Source of the DNA: Candidatus Dojkabacteria bacterium
Lineage (GTDB): Bacteria; Patescibacteriota; Dojkabacteria; B142; JAFGFJ01
Assembly (NCBI GenBank): GCA_016931155.1
Contig: JAFGFJ010000010.1
Span: 564 to 64,563 of the forward strand
Direction of reading: 5' to 3'
DNA: 64,000 nt
Positions within the stretch are counted from its first letter, which is position 1. Each line of letters opens with the position of its first letter. The notes under the pieces were generated by a model, which had not been told where the DNA came from, did no database searches, and worked only from the letters and a program-made list of their open reading frames with translations. Made by a program: the position numbers and the translations under genes. Positions 50,270-60,800 of the stretch are shown here, piece after piece.

Positions 50270-50357
50270 TCGGACAGTAAGAAAATCTATAAGACATATT
50301 AAATGAGTAGACCGCTAGAGGCAATGGTTTAAATTTGATGTTTATCAAAATATTAAG

Positions 50358-50663
50358 GTGGTACCCATTGAAACCTTGATTTCTCAGAAAACTGCGGCTT
50401 TATTAAAACGAAAAAGAGCAAAGGGACGTGATTTTTTTGATATTTCTTTCATGATCAGCAAGGGGGTCAGGCCTGACACAAAATACTTGCAAGAAAAGCT
50501 AAATTTCAAAACTTTAGGGGATTTGAAAGCGGCTTTATTGAAACACTCAAGCAAAGTAAATCTAAAGGAATTGGCTGAAGACCTTAAAAGTATTCTTTTT
50601 AAACCATCACAGGCAGACAGGATAACAAATTTCACTGACCAGATTGACCGGATTAATATCTGA
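50358..50663 (+). pseudogene. C-terminal fragment of an AbiEii/DUF1814-type nucleotidyltransferase toxin (gene remnant)
   Basis: The 101-aa translation has ISQKTAALLKRKRAKGRDFFDISFMISKG, which matches the C-terminal consensus of the AbiEii family. The N-terminal roughly 150 aa, including the NTase motif, are absent. The family match is from memory. Confidence 0.45.
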
Positions 50664-50809
50664 TTTTTTGTATGTAATTACCGGTAGATAATGAGCAACC
50701 CCAACACGTTAAAAAGAAATGTCGGGTTTTAATGTGGAATGGAAGCATAATGCACATAAGTGTCTTAACAGGTAATGACATCGGGGCACGACATTGATAA
50801 AATCCTGTA

Positions 50810-52603
50810 ATGAAGATTTCAAGTATAAAAAAGGTTTTTCAACAGCATAATTGGTTCGAAGTTATTAAAAAGCCGGAGAAAATTTTCAAACCCAAAGAAA
50901 GAATATATTTTATTCTGCTTTCTTTACTGATTGTTGCTCCACTTCTGAAACCAGGTTTTGTGCTCACCCTGGACATGATCTTTACACCAAACATGACTTT
51001 TCAAATACCGCCAGTAAGCGGTCTGTATTCTTTCGTTCCACTTGATACTGCCCTATTTCTACTGGCAAAAATTATCCCTGCAGATATTTTACAAAAAATA
51101 TTTTTGCTGGTTTTGTTTTATCTTATCCCGACCGGATTTTTCAAGTTTTTAAGTATTTTTAAGAAAGAAAAAAAGGATTTATTCCTCAGACTTCTCACAT
51201 CAACACTCTATCTGTGGAATCCTTTCGTTTATTCAAGACTAATGGCCGGGCAATGGACACTTCTTTTCGGCTACGCTCTTCTTCCTCTGTTTATTTACCA
51301 TCTTGTCAAATCTTATAAGTCAAGAAATACCGGAGAGACTTTCAATAGAGACTTTTGGGAAAACATTTTGTATTCCACCCTCCTTTCTTTGATCATTACC
51401 ATTTTTAGTCCTCATCATCTTGCATTTATTTTACTGATTTTTCTAGTCTATTCATTTATAAAAATTATCAGCAGAACAAAGGGCGGAGTTAAAAAAATTT
51501 TAATCCTGGCTCTAGCTCAGATTTTAATTCACTCTCTGTGGATAATACCCACTCTTATTTCAGGAAAAGCAAAAATCACCTTCGGAGAGAAAGATTTGTT
51601 AGTTTTTGCTTCCTCTCCTGATTCCAGTCTTGGAACATTTCTAAATCTATTTACAATGTATGGATTCTGGGCGGAGAAAACACTGTTTTACCTGCCAAAA
51701 CTCATAATTCCGTTTTGGCCTCTCCCATTTTTTATTTTGATCTTACCAATTATTTTTCTTTTCTTTACTTATCTTCCGGAAAAAATCCGAAGAATTTTTG
51801 CCCTCCAAAAGGAGCCCTTCAAGAAAAACAGAGATATTATATTGACCTCATTTCTGATAGCATTGATTGGTCTTGTTCTTTCTCTTGGCTCCATGGGAAT
51901 TGCAAAGCCTGTTTTTGATTTTTTCTATTTGAAGCTAGGTTTACTTAATCCCTTCAGAGAACCACAAAAATTTTTGAGCCTTTATATTTTCGGTTTCTGT
52001 ACTCTGTTTTTCCCGGGAATGAAAATCTGGGTGAGCCAGATAAGAAATGAGCACCTCAAATCTCTTGAACAATTCAAAAAAAGAGAATCGGAAAAGATAA
52101 GAAGAATTCTGGAAAAAGCAATAATTTTTGGTTTCTTTGTGCTGATTTTCTCCCTCACCTGCACACTTTTCTGGGGAACTGCCGGACAGCTGAAAACTGC
52201 TTACTACCCGCAATCTTACACAGAACTAGATCGACTCACGAAAGGCACTGATTCTAAAATCCTAGTTCTTCCATTCAAGTCTTATGACTTTTTCCCTTTC
52301 AACAATCGGAGGATCGCAAATCCCGCACCAAAATATTTCAATGCAGAAGTATTTTCAGATGAAAAGCTCGTTGAGATTTCTGGAACAAACTGCGATGCGT
52401 ATATAAGCTCAACAAATTCATGTTTGAAAAAATCAGATTCGGTTGAAGTATGGACTGATGTTATTAAAAAATCAGGAATTGATTACATATTAGTAAATAA
52501 AAATAGCGACTTCCGGAGTTATTCATTTCTTGAAGATAGAAATTATAGCAAAAAAATTCTGGAGGATGATTATGCCTATGTTCTGGAATTATCTGCAGAG
52601 TGA
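50810..52603 (+). CDS. Large polytopic membrane protein, possibly a GT-C-type glycosyltransferase or glycan polymerase
   Basis: The 597-aa ORF has at least 12 predicted TM helices across its N-terminal two-thirds and a C-terminal soluble domain. No motif-level assignment was made. Confidence 0.4.
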   Translation: MKISSIKKVFQQHNWFEVIKKPEKIFKPKERIYFILLSLLIVAPLLKPGFVLTLDMIFTPNMTFQIPPVSGLYSFVPLDTALFLLAKIIPADILQKIFLLVLFYLIPTGFFKFLSIFKKEKKDLFLRLLTSTLYLWNPFVYSRLMAGQWTLLFGYALLPLFIYHLVKSYKSRNTGETFNRDFWENILYSTLLSLIITIFSPHHLAFILLIFLVYSFIKIISRTKGGVKKILILALAQILIHSLWIIPTLISGKAKITFGEKDLLVFASSPDSSLGTFLNLFTMYGFWAEKTLFYLPKLIIPFWPLPFFILILPIIFLFFTYLPEKIRRIFALQKEPFKKNRDIILTSFLIALIGLVLSLGSMGIAKPVFDFFYLKLGLLNPFREPQKFLSLYIFGFCTLFFPGMKIWVSQIRNEHLKSLEQFKKRESEKIRRILEKAIIFGFFVLIFSLTCTLFWGTAGQLKTAYYPQSYTELDRLTKGTDSKILVLPFKSYDFFPFNNRRIANPAPKYFNAEVFSDEKLVEISGTNCDAYISSTNSCLKKSDSVEVWTDVIKKSGIDYILVNKNSDFRSYSFLEDRNYSKKILEDDYAYVLELSAE

Positions 52604-52707
52604 ACCGGAACATTTTCATTTATCTAACACAGGTAATGAACAGGTATGGGAAATTAATTCGACATATAGTATAATCGCCCCACAAAATATCTTTTATTAA
52701 ATTTGAT

Positions 52708-53220
52708 ATGGGTGGTAATTTGAGACCCAGAAGCGATGAAATGGGAGATGGCATTGAAACCGAAAAGTTTCTTCGGCTGAAAGACTTTGATCATGCTTAT
52801 GAATTAATACTGGAATTAGAAGATAATCTTCACGGATTTCTTCTTCCGGATGATAAGAAAACCGAAAACCTCAACACTCTTAAAAATATCATGGACGGGA
52901 AATTTATTTTATGTAGGAGGGAGGATCCATGGGGTATGAACCTTTTAAGTGAGCAGGCATCAACCGCAATCTTAGTCTTTAATACAAGAAACACTAATAT
53001 GTCTTCCGGAGAGCAAAATACTGTCAGTATTGTCAATGAACAATTTAATGCTTTCTATGAAGCTGGAGATACCGGAGGAATGGTAAGGTCAATCAACAGA
53101 CTGGGTTGGCTGGCAGAAAGTTGTGATCAGGTTATTGCGAGATCTGCAGAATCCGCCCAAGAGACGATAGTGTCCCAGTTTAAAGACTATTTTGCCAGAA
53201 CAAAAAAAGCTTCTGCTTGA
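52708..53220 (+). CDS. Hypothetical protein
   Basis: A 170-aa ORF with a promoter-like tagtataat at 52667-52675 upstream. Confidence 0.4.
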   Translation: MGGNLRPRSDEMGDGIETEKFLRLKDFDHAYELILELEDNLHGFLLPDDKKTENLNTLKNIMDGKFILCRREDPWGMNLLSEQASTAILVFNTRNTNMSSGEQNTVSIVNEQFNAFYEAGDTGGMVRSINRLGWLAESCDQVIARSAESAQETIVSQFKDYFARTKKASA

Positions 53221-53404
53221 GATGGACTTTTTCGTAAGCCCTGATATCGATCGCTCAACAGCACAATACAAAGCACTACCAACGAAAACAAAAGATTAAG
53301 AGAAACCGGATATAAACTTATAGCAAATTAAGTAAGTATATAGTATAATCATCACACTGCCGGAAAATTTTCCACTGCTCGGATTTTAATTTACATGAAA
53401 CGAA

Positions 53405-54637
53405 ATGAGTCCTGATAATATCTCTGGAGATACTAATGTGTCCGCAGCCCAAAGAAATAAGACAAAGAGAGAAGGAGAAAAAGCATCCTCTGAAAAGCCT
53501 ACCAGAAGAGAAGAATTGCACATATTTAGGACTGCCTTGTTGTCTTCTGTTGGTACTATGCTGGCTACGGGGTGTTGCTGCGTCTGTGCAAGCTTAAGTC
53601 TGTATGATCTGACGGATGGATCAGTAAAGTCCGAGAGTCTGAGAGGATTGGTAGTCCCTGAACCAACGAGAACACCAACAGCAACACGTACTCCTCTGCC
53701 AACAGCAACATTCAACCCTACCGCTACCCTGGATAGCCGTCCGTCTTATGAAAGACAAGGATTTGAACTTGATAGAGATTGTCTGGAACATGCCATACCA
53801 TTTACAAGAATAATAACTGACTTGCCTGAAGAGGAAGCTGAAGGTCTATCCGAAAAGATCCTTCCTTTCCTTCCTGAGGCTGTCAAAAATGATAATATTA
53901 CAGATACGAAAACGAATGAAGGAACAGTCACATACGTATATTCACGTGCCCTGAATGGAATTATCGCTTTTAGGGAAGTTGATGGGAAAGATCTGAATAC
54001 ATACAGTACAACTCTTGCATTATTAAGGTATAACAAGAAAACAAAAGATTTTGAATTGTTAAACAGTCTCTTTAAACCCCAACGAAACAATCAAGGAGGA
54101 TGGGAATATCAGGTCCCGCCAGAGGATTTGAAAAATGAGGCTGAAGACAATCCTTATGACTATTTTTATGTTGCCCTTCAAGTTTTCCTGAATAATGGTT
54201 TTGATATAAAAAGTGAGTGGAAAAATGATCCACAAATGGTTTTGGGAGAAACCATTGGAATAGAGCCGTTCAAATTAGAGAAACCTTCAAGGGCAGGATA
54301 CCCAACAAAAACTCCAACTCCCCCTGAAAGTACAACACAGGAGCCTAAAGCGACTCAGAGACCAGCAACCCAACAGCCGGAACCAACTCAAAGACCAACA
54401 GATATTCCTGTTCCTACAAGCCAGCCGGAACCAACTCAAAGACCAACAGACATTCCTATTCCATTATCGATAGCAATAGAAGACTTTTATTTCTACAAAA
54501 ATATACCTTACTTTAGAATAGAAATTGACAAAATCCCCCAGAATTTCAGGCCGTTTTTTGAAGGATACAAACAAAAGAAGGGAAGGATTAGTATTTCTCA
54601 ACAGTCTCTTTGGGAGATTATAAATAGCGTTAGTTAA
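53405..54637 (+). CDS. Membrane-anchored Pro/Thr-rich surface protein with a tandem repeat
   Basis: The 410-aa ORF has the TM LLSSVGTMLATGCCCVCASL, P/T-rich linkers, and a duplicated QPEPTQRPTDIP unit. Confidence 0.45.
   Translation: MSPDNISGDTNVSAAQRNKTKREGEKASSEKPTRREELHIFRTALLSSVGTMLATGCCCVCASLSLYDLTDGSVKSESLRGLVVPEPTRTPTATRTPLPTATFNPTATLDSRPSYERQGFELDRDCLEHAIPFTRIITDLPEEEAEGLSEKILPFLPEAVKNDNITDTKTNEGTVTYVYSRALNGIIAFREVDGKDLNTYSTTLALLRYNKKTKDFELLNSLFKPQRNNQGGWEYQVPPEDLKNEAEDNPYDYFYVALQVFLNNGFDIKSEWKNDPQMVLGETIGIEPFKLEKPSRAGYPTKTPTPPESTTQEPKATQRPATQQPEPTQRPTDIPVPTSQPEPTQRPTDIPIPLSIAIEDFYFYKNIPYFRIEIDKIPQNFRPFFEGYKQKKGRISISQQSLWEIINSVS
54374..54464 (+). repeat. 48-nt tandem duplication, two copies, inside CDS 53405..54637
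   Basis: cagccggaaccaactcaaagaccaacagatattcctgttcctacaagc is followed by a near-identical second copy. Confidence 0.7.
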
Positions 54638-54654
54638 TTTTTATATTAAAAAAC

Positions 54655-56544
54655 ATGCAAAAAAAACATAAATTTCTAGCAAAGTTGATAGCAGGACTCA
54701 CAGCTTTTAGCTTATTCGGGTTCACTATTATTTCAGTTACAAAACCTGAAAAGGTAAACGCTGTATTTGATGAATGCGCTCCAGATACTTTGTGCTTCTT
54801 TAAAGATGTAGCCGATTATTCGACAAACTCCTGGGAAGCAAATGCAGCAAATGGAATAGCAGGAACAGAACATGCATTTAGAATAGGAATCTGGAATACA
54901 ACATCAGATCCAATTTCAAATGTAACAGTACAGGATACCCTTCCTGGCGGACTTACATACATTCCTGGAACACTTACTGTTTTCCCGGAAGGAACCTATA
55001 CTGATACCGATCTATTTGCAGGAGGAATAAATTTTGGAACCTTTGCAAGCGGTGATTCTATTCAGATGTCATTTAAAGTTGAAATTGATAACGTTTTCGT
55101 TCCAGGAAATTATTCTTATACTAACTCCGCTTCAGTAAGTGCAACGGGCGGATACAGTTCGAGTAACACAGCCACAATAAATGTAACTGTGGAAGATTTC
55201 CCTCAAGATTCAGGTCTCAACGCTTACTACTACAATAACAAGACCCTGTTTGGATCCCCTACATTCACAAGGGTAGATCCAGTTGTTAATTCGCCTCAGC
55301 TTTCTTGGTCTCTTTTTGGAGGATCGGGAGGAGGACTTGGAGGTGATAACTTTTCAGTTAAGTGGGAAGGTCAGGTAATGTCAAACTGCTCAGGGCCAAT
55401 CACAATAAAAACAAACAGCGATGACGGTTTGAGAGTCTTTTTGAACAATCAGTTGATCATCGACAAATGGTTTGACAGAGAACAACCCGTTCCTCTTGAT
55501 TCTGCTGATGTAAATCTCACTGCTGGAACCTGGAACAACATTCGAATTGATTACTATCAGCATGGAGGAGGCTCAATCGCCCAACTTTTCTGGAACTCTA
55601 CTTGCCAGACAGGAGGAGCTGATCAGATTATCCCTCAGCAAAATTTGAGACAGACATATACCGGAGTTATAAATTATGGGCTGACAGGAGAATATTTCAA
55701 TAATGAAAACCTTGCAGGAAGCGCTGTCCTGAATAGAACTGACCTTGGAATCAACTTTAATTTCGACCTTGGAAGCCCTGCTCCTGGAGTAAATATTGAC
55801 AAGTTCTCTATTAAGTGGACCGGAATGTTGACTACAGATTATTCCGATACTTACAGATTCTGCACAACCAGCGATGATGGAACACGCCTCTGGATTGATG
55901 ATGTAAACGTCATAGATCAATGGACTACTCACGGTCTGACAGAGTACTGCGGGAATATTGACCTGACAGCTGGAACGCACAATATCAGGATGGATTACTT
56001 TGATCATTATATTGACGCGGCCGTTGAATTGAGATGGAGTTCTCCAAGCCAGACAGGTGGAGTAAATGAATACATTCCTCTTGATAAGCTATACCCTATA
56101 GGTTATACAGGAAGCAACTTTGGATTGAATGTGGAATTTTTTAATAACACTTCTTTTTCAGGAGTTCCTGTTTTGACAAGAGTTGAGGGACCAATACTTT
56201 TTGACTATGGAACCGGCTCTCCTCACCCTGTAGTAAATTCCGACAATTTTTCAGTAAGATGGAGTGGGACACTTAAAGCATTGGAAACAGGAAATTACAA
56301 CTTTATAGTTTACTCTGACGATGGAGTAAGAGTCACAATTGACGGAGTCGTAAGAATTGATCATCTCGTGAATCAAAGTCTTTCAAGAACGGAGACGGGC
56401 CCAATCGCCTTGACAGCAGGAGATCACAGTATAGTTGTAGAATATTACGATAGTGCTGAAGCTGCGGGAATATTCTTTGTCTACACCACTCCAAGCAATG
56501 GAATGGAAAGAACTGTTCCGCTAAGCGTATTGCTACCAAACTAA
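54655..56544 (+). CDS. Secreted protein with an N-terminal DUF11-like domain and three PA14 domains
   Basis: The 629-aa ORF has a signal peptide. The PA14-type block (G-L-x-x-x-Y-[FY]-N-N...F-S-[VI]-[KR]-W-[ET]-G...SDDG-x-R-[LV]...) occurs three times. Confidence 0.65.
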   Translation: MQKKHKFLAKLIAGLTAFSLFGFTIISVTKPEKVNAVFDECAPDTLCFFKDVADYSTNSWEANAANGIAGTEHAFRIGIWNTTSDPISNVTVQDTLPGGLTYIPGTLTVFPEGTYTDTDLFAGGINFGTFASGDSIQMSFKVEIDNVFVPGNYSYTNSASVSATGGYSSSNTATINVTVEDFPQDSGLNAYYYNNKTLFGSPTFTRVDPVVNSPQLSWSLFGGSGGGLGGDNFSVKWEGQVMSNCSGPITIKTNSDDGLRVFLNNQLIIDKWFDREQPVPLDSADVNLTAGTWNNIRIDYYQHGGGSIAQLFWNSTCQTGGADQIIPQQNLRQTYTGVINYGLTGEYFNNENLAGSAVLNRTDLGINFNFDLGSPAPGVNIDKFSIKWTGMLTTDYSDTYRFCTTSDDGTRLWIDDVNVIDQWTTHGLTEYCGNIDLTAGTHNIRMDYFDHYIDAAVELRWSSPSQTGGVNEYIPLDKLYPIGYTGSNFGLNVEFFNNTSFSGVPVLTRVEGPILFDYGTGSPHPVVNSDNFSVRWSGTLKALETGNYNFIVYSDDGVRVTIDGVVRIDHLVNQSLSRTETGPIALTAGDHSIVVEYYDSAEAAGIFFVYTTPSNGMERTVPLSVLLPN

Positions 56545-56550
56545 AACAGA

Positions 56551-56612
56551 AGAGGTCGGTTTGAGTACTCCTTTGGCTTGTACATAGGCAGACAAAAACC
56601 GACCTCTTGTTA
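56551..56612 (+). terminator. Long stem-loop terminator downstream of the PA14 gene
   Basis: agaggtcggttt ... aaaccgacctct is a 12-bp stem followed by tgttat. Confidence 0.45.
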
Positions 56613-56645
56613 TAAATATCCTGCATATTTATAAAATAGCTTTCT

Positions 56646-57770
56646 ATGAGGAAAATAATAAATCAGAAATACCCCTTGGTATCAGTCCTTGTTGTGAATT
56701 ACAATCAGCCCGACTATACAGTAGAGTGCTTGAATTCACTTGCAGAACAGACCTACCCGAATATTGAAATAATTCTGATTGAGAATGGGTCGAATAGAAG
56801 TTCGGTTAAAAAAGTACGAAAATTTCTTGACGCCCTTCGGAGTAAAAATACTTCATACATCAAACAGATAATAGTTCTTCAAAACAAAACCAATCTTGGT
56901 TTTGCAACTCCAAATAATCAGGCCTTTGAAAAATCAAACGGTGAATATATTTTTCTCCTAAATAACGATGCATACATCAAGAAAGATACGATAGAAAAAG
57001 CCATAAGCTACATGAAGAAAAACCCTAAAGTTGGAGTAGTACAAAACACTATTCTCCTTACTAAAAATCCAGGACTTACTGATTCAACAGGATCTTTTCT
57101 GACACGTACAGGCTTTCTTATTCATGAAGGTCACAAAGAAAAAATAACCAAAAGTAAAAAACCAAAAGAAGTTTTCAGTGTAAAAGGAGCAAGCATATTT
57201 ATAAAAAGAAAGGTTATCGAAAAAGCAGGATATAAAGTTGAAAGCAAAGGTAGAGGAGCCGATCCCATCACGTCTGAATCAAGTTACAAAAAGGCGATTT
57301 TTGACCCAGACTACTTTGCATACTTTGAAGAAACAGATTTCTGCTGGAGAGCAATCCTTGCAGGGTTTAAAGTAGTTTATCTGCCCAGGGGAATTACTTT
57401 TCACCAGCTTGGCAAGACAACGGAAAAGCAGAAATCGGGTCTCATTCAGTTCCATTCATTCAAAAACCGGCTAAACTCTCTTATTAAAAATCTTTCTTTC
57501 GTCAACCTCATTCTTATTCTACCTCTTCATCTTTTAATAATAATTGTTTTGGCATTCGCTCATTTATTTGCTCTTAAATTTTCTTCATTTTTCGGAATTC
57601 TAAGAGCACTTTTGTGGAATCTTGTTCACCTCGTGCATACTCTGAAAAAAAGAAGTATAGTACAAAAAAAAGTAAGGAGTGTAAAAGATAGTTACATTTT
57701 CTCAAAATTAGCGATGCGGTTTGATCTTAGTTGGGCAATAAATTTCACAATTTCGTACGTAAAAAGTTAA
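56646..57770 (+). CDS. Family 2 glycosyltransferase (GT-A) with a C-terminal membrane anchor
   Basis: The 374-aa ORF has VSVLVVNYNQPDYTVECLNSLAEQTYPNIEIILIENGS and a DxD-like NNDA/D region. The C-terminal TM helices are LILILPLHLLIIIVLAFAHLFALKF. Confidence 0.7.
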   Translation: MRKIINQKYPLVSVLVVNYNQPDYTVECLNSLAEQTYPNIEIILIENGSNRSSVKKVRKFLDALRSKNTSYIKQIIVLQNKTNLGFATPNNQAFEKSNGEYIFLLNNDAYIKKDTIEKAISYMKKNPKVGVVQNTILLTKNPGLTDSTGSFLTRTGFLIHEGHKEKITKSKKPKEVFSVKGASIFIKRKVIEKAGYKVESKGRGADPITSESSYKKAIFDPDYFAYFEETDFCWRAILAGFKVVYLPRGITFHQLGKTTEKQKSGLIQFHSFKNRLNSLIKNLSFVNLILILPLHLLIIIVLAFAHLFALKFSSFFGILRALLWNLVHLVHTLKKRSIVQKKVRSVKDSYIFSKLAMRFDLSWAINFTISYVKS

Positions 57771-57777
57771 TCATTTC

Positions 57778-57788
57778 TGTGGTATAAT
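57778..57788 (+). promoter_or_regulatory. Extended -10 promoter element (TGgTATAAT) upstream of 57822..61790
   Basis: tgtggtataat at 57778-57788, about 34 nt upstream of the ATG. Confidence 0.4.
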
Positions 57789-57821
57789 CGACCTATAATA
57801 TTTTTCCTTTTCTGTATACTT

Positions 57822-60800
57822 TTGGCAAAGATTTTCGATTTTTTTAAAAAAGCAGGAAACTCATTTTTTGAGTATTACAAAAATCACTACCTTCTTCTTG
57901 AAGTATTGATTATTGTGATCATTGGTCTTACCCCTCTTCTCTGGTTTAAGTCCTCAAATGAGATTTTAATTGGTCATGACAGCGGATTTCCTCTTGCTCC
58001 AATTGAATGGTTTAGTGGAAGATTTGAATCATGGACTGAAAAATACAACTTGGGAAGTGACCAGTCATTAGCATTTGGCAGTTTGCCAATTCATGGGATT
58101 GAAGCCGGATTATCAAAACTCGGGTTTTCTATTTTTACAGTTCAGAAACTTGTTTTCATCTTCTGGTTTACACTTCCCGGTCTTTCAATGTATGCTCTCT
58201 CCCGCTATCTTATAGGAAAAGACAGAAAATATGCAGCATTCAGAATATTTGCAAGCACTTTTTATATGCTCAACCACTTCCTTCTTCAAGGATGGTTCAT
58301 CGCTGAAAGAACAAAATTTTCAATAATTGCTGCAACTCCGCTGACTGTTCTATTTTTGCTAAAAGGACTGGACAGAAAAATTACAAAACTGGAGTCAATT
58401 TTTGCAATCAATCTTATCCTTTTCTTCCTGAACGGGGGAGGAAGTGGATTTACTCTATACGGAGGTCTTATCCTTGTTATATCAGCAGTACTTCTAGGCT
58501 ATTTAATAATAAAAAGGATAAGTTTTGGAAAATTACTTATGTACATCTTCGCATTTGGCTCTGTATTTTTTCTTATGCAGTCATACTGGATAATCCCCCA
58601 GATTTACTACGCTGTAAACAATTTTTCAAATGTTATTGCCACTTTTGGAGGCGACAATAACCTTATCACATGGGCAAATGAGATAAGCAAACACACAAGC
58701 CTATGGAATCTGGCAAGACTTCAAGGAGTACCTGACTGGTACGACAACCCTTCACATCCTTACTCAAACATATTTTTAACAAGTATATTTTTTAAAATAA
58801 TTGGAATACTCACTCCAGTATTTGCCGGGGCAGGGTTTATCATCTATTCAAGAAAAAAAGAATTTAATAGACATCTGGTCTGGCTATTTATTCTTACTCT
58901 GTTTGCCCTTATTTTTACGGCAGGTACTCATCCACCATTTGGATTTATCTACGAATTTATGCTTAAAAATGTTCCCTTTTTTTCGGTCTTCAGAACTCCT
59001 TTTTATAAGTTTGGTTATGCTCTTTGGTTTGCTTATTCAATACTTGTTCCTCTTACGATAAGTTATCTTTTCAGAGCAAAATTTGTTGATCTGAATTTCA
59101 CTATCTCATCCAGTAAAGATCCAAAAAAGGTTTCAATTCCATGGGAGATTGGCGGAGCAATTATTCTTACAGCAATCATTATTATCTACAACTATCCTTT
59201 CTTCGCCGGAAATTTTTTCAAATGGAGAGACCCGCTGACAACAAAAGTTGATCTTCCAGGATACGTAATGGAATATGGGGAGTGGGCAAAAAATGAGCCC
59301 GCAGAAACAAGGATTCTCCTTCTTCCAAAACTCAATGAAGCAGAACCTGCAGATATTTACAATTGGGGCTACTACTCTCTTGAACCTTTACCTTCACTGC
59401 TTTCAAACACATCTATTGTCTCAAACAATTTCAACCTGACAATAAACCAGGAAGAAAAAGAAACTGTCAGTCTACTCTACGATTCCCTCAAAAGCTCTCC
59501 ACAAACCTTTGACAACCTTGCAATAAGGCTTGGAATAAATAAAATACTTCTAAGAGAAGATTTTTTTTACAATTACGGAGGGAAAGATAACAACTCACCA
59601 GAAGATATGGAAAACCTGCTTGAACAGACTTCTTTTAAACAGGTAGAAAAATTTGGGGAATGGATTATTTACGAAAACCCTGCGGAGACAGAACAGGTAA
59701 AAACAATTGATAGCCCGATAGAAATCCAATACGAACAGACCACGAATCTGGAGATAATAAAAGCTATTCTCCAGGAAGTCAGGAATAAGCCATTTATCAG
59801 GACGGATATTATTAGCAACCCAACAGAAACTGAAACCGAAGAGCCAGATAAACTCATATTCCTCGACACAGCAAATCTCGCAAGTATAGACCCGAAAGAT
59901 GGCAGCTTTACCTATGAAATCTTCAACAGGATGAACTCCCCGGAACTTGTTATAAATCCTGTCTCTATAAGTAGTGCAAGTTACAATGTCAGTGTTGAGA
60001 AAAATGCCGGAAAACTGATTATTCATTTCTCTACTCCGGAAATTATTATTGAGTATGCAAACGGAAGAAAAATTGTTCCCTCAAACCTATTCTCAAAAGA
60101 ATTATACGTAAACACAAGTGGACAAAATATTGGAATAGTTATAAATGGGCAAATTTTTAAAACAGAAAACATAAACAATGGACAAATTGTGAAACTGGGA
60201 TCAATTCAGTTCCTGCCTGGAGAAGAAATCCTTGACATAGGAATTTTTGAAGAAAGCGAAGGGCAGGTACTACTTGGGCTTGATTTTGAGGATGACAATA
60301 TTCGCGATAAAACCGGAAACTGTGGAGGTGAATCACAGAATGTTTCAAGCAAAGTTACACAATCTGAAGGCTCCCAAGGAAAATATTTGGAACTTAGTGC
60401 AAAGAACGCAGTTTCGTGCTTGAGACTTCCCCTTGATCTCGCCAAAGAAAAAACTGTTTATAAATTAAGTTTTGATTATTTTATGCTTTCTGGTTCTTCT
60501 CCAAGTTTGTGCGTTCTACAACAGAGCGACACCGCAAGCAACTGTATCCCAGATATAACCGTAAACGAGGCTCAAAAGGGAAAATGGGAGAGCTACCAAA
60601 CTGTTTTCGAGACAGAGGAAGACATCAAGAAACTTATTCTTCACTTTTACGCAAAATCCGATCAAGAAGAGACCATTATTGCGTACGATAATATAAAACT
60701 CTCAAAGATAACTGACCTCGGATCCGGAAGCGTAACAGCTGGGGATCTTGCCAATCTATTTAAAGAGAAGACCATAGTCAAATTAAACGATTTTGGAGGG

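Noticed and set aside
53386-54090. Minus-strand ORFs 53318..53521, 53386..53715 and 53746..54090
   Set aside because: They are antisense to the P/T-rich gene 53405..54637 and to its upstream region. They have no motifs and probably arise from biased codon composition.
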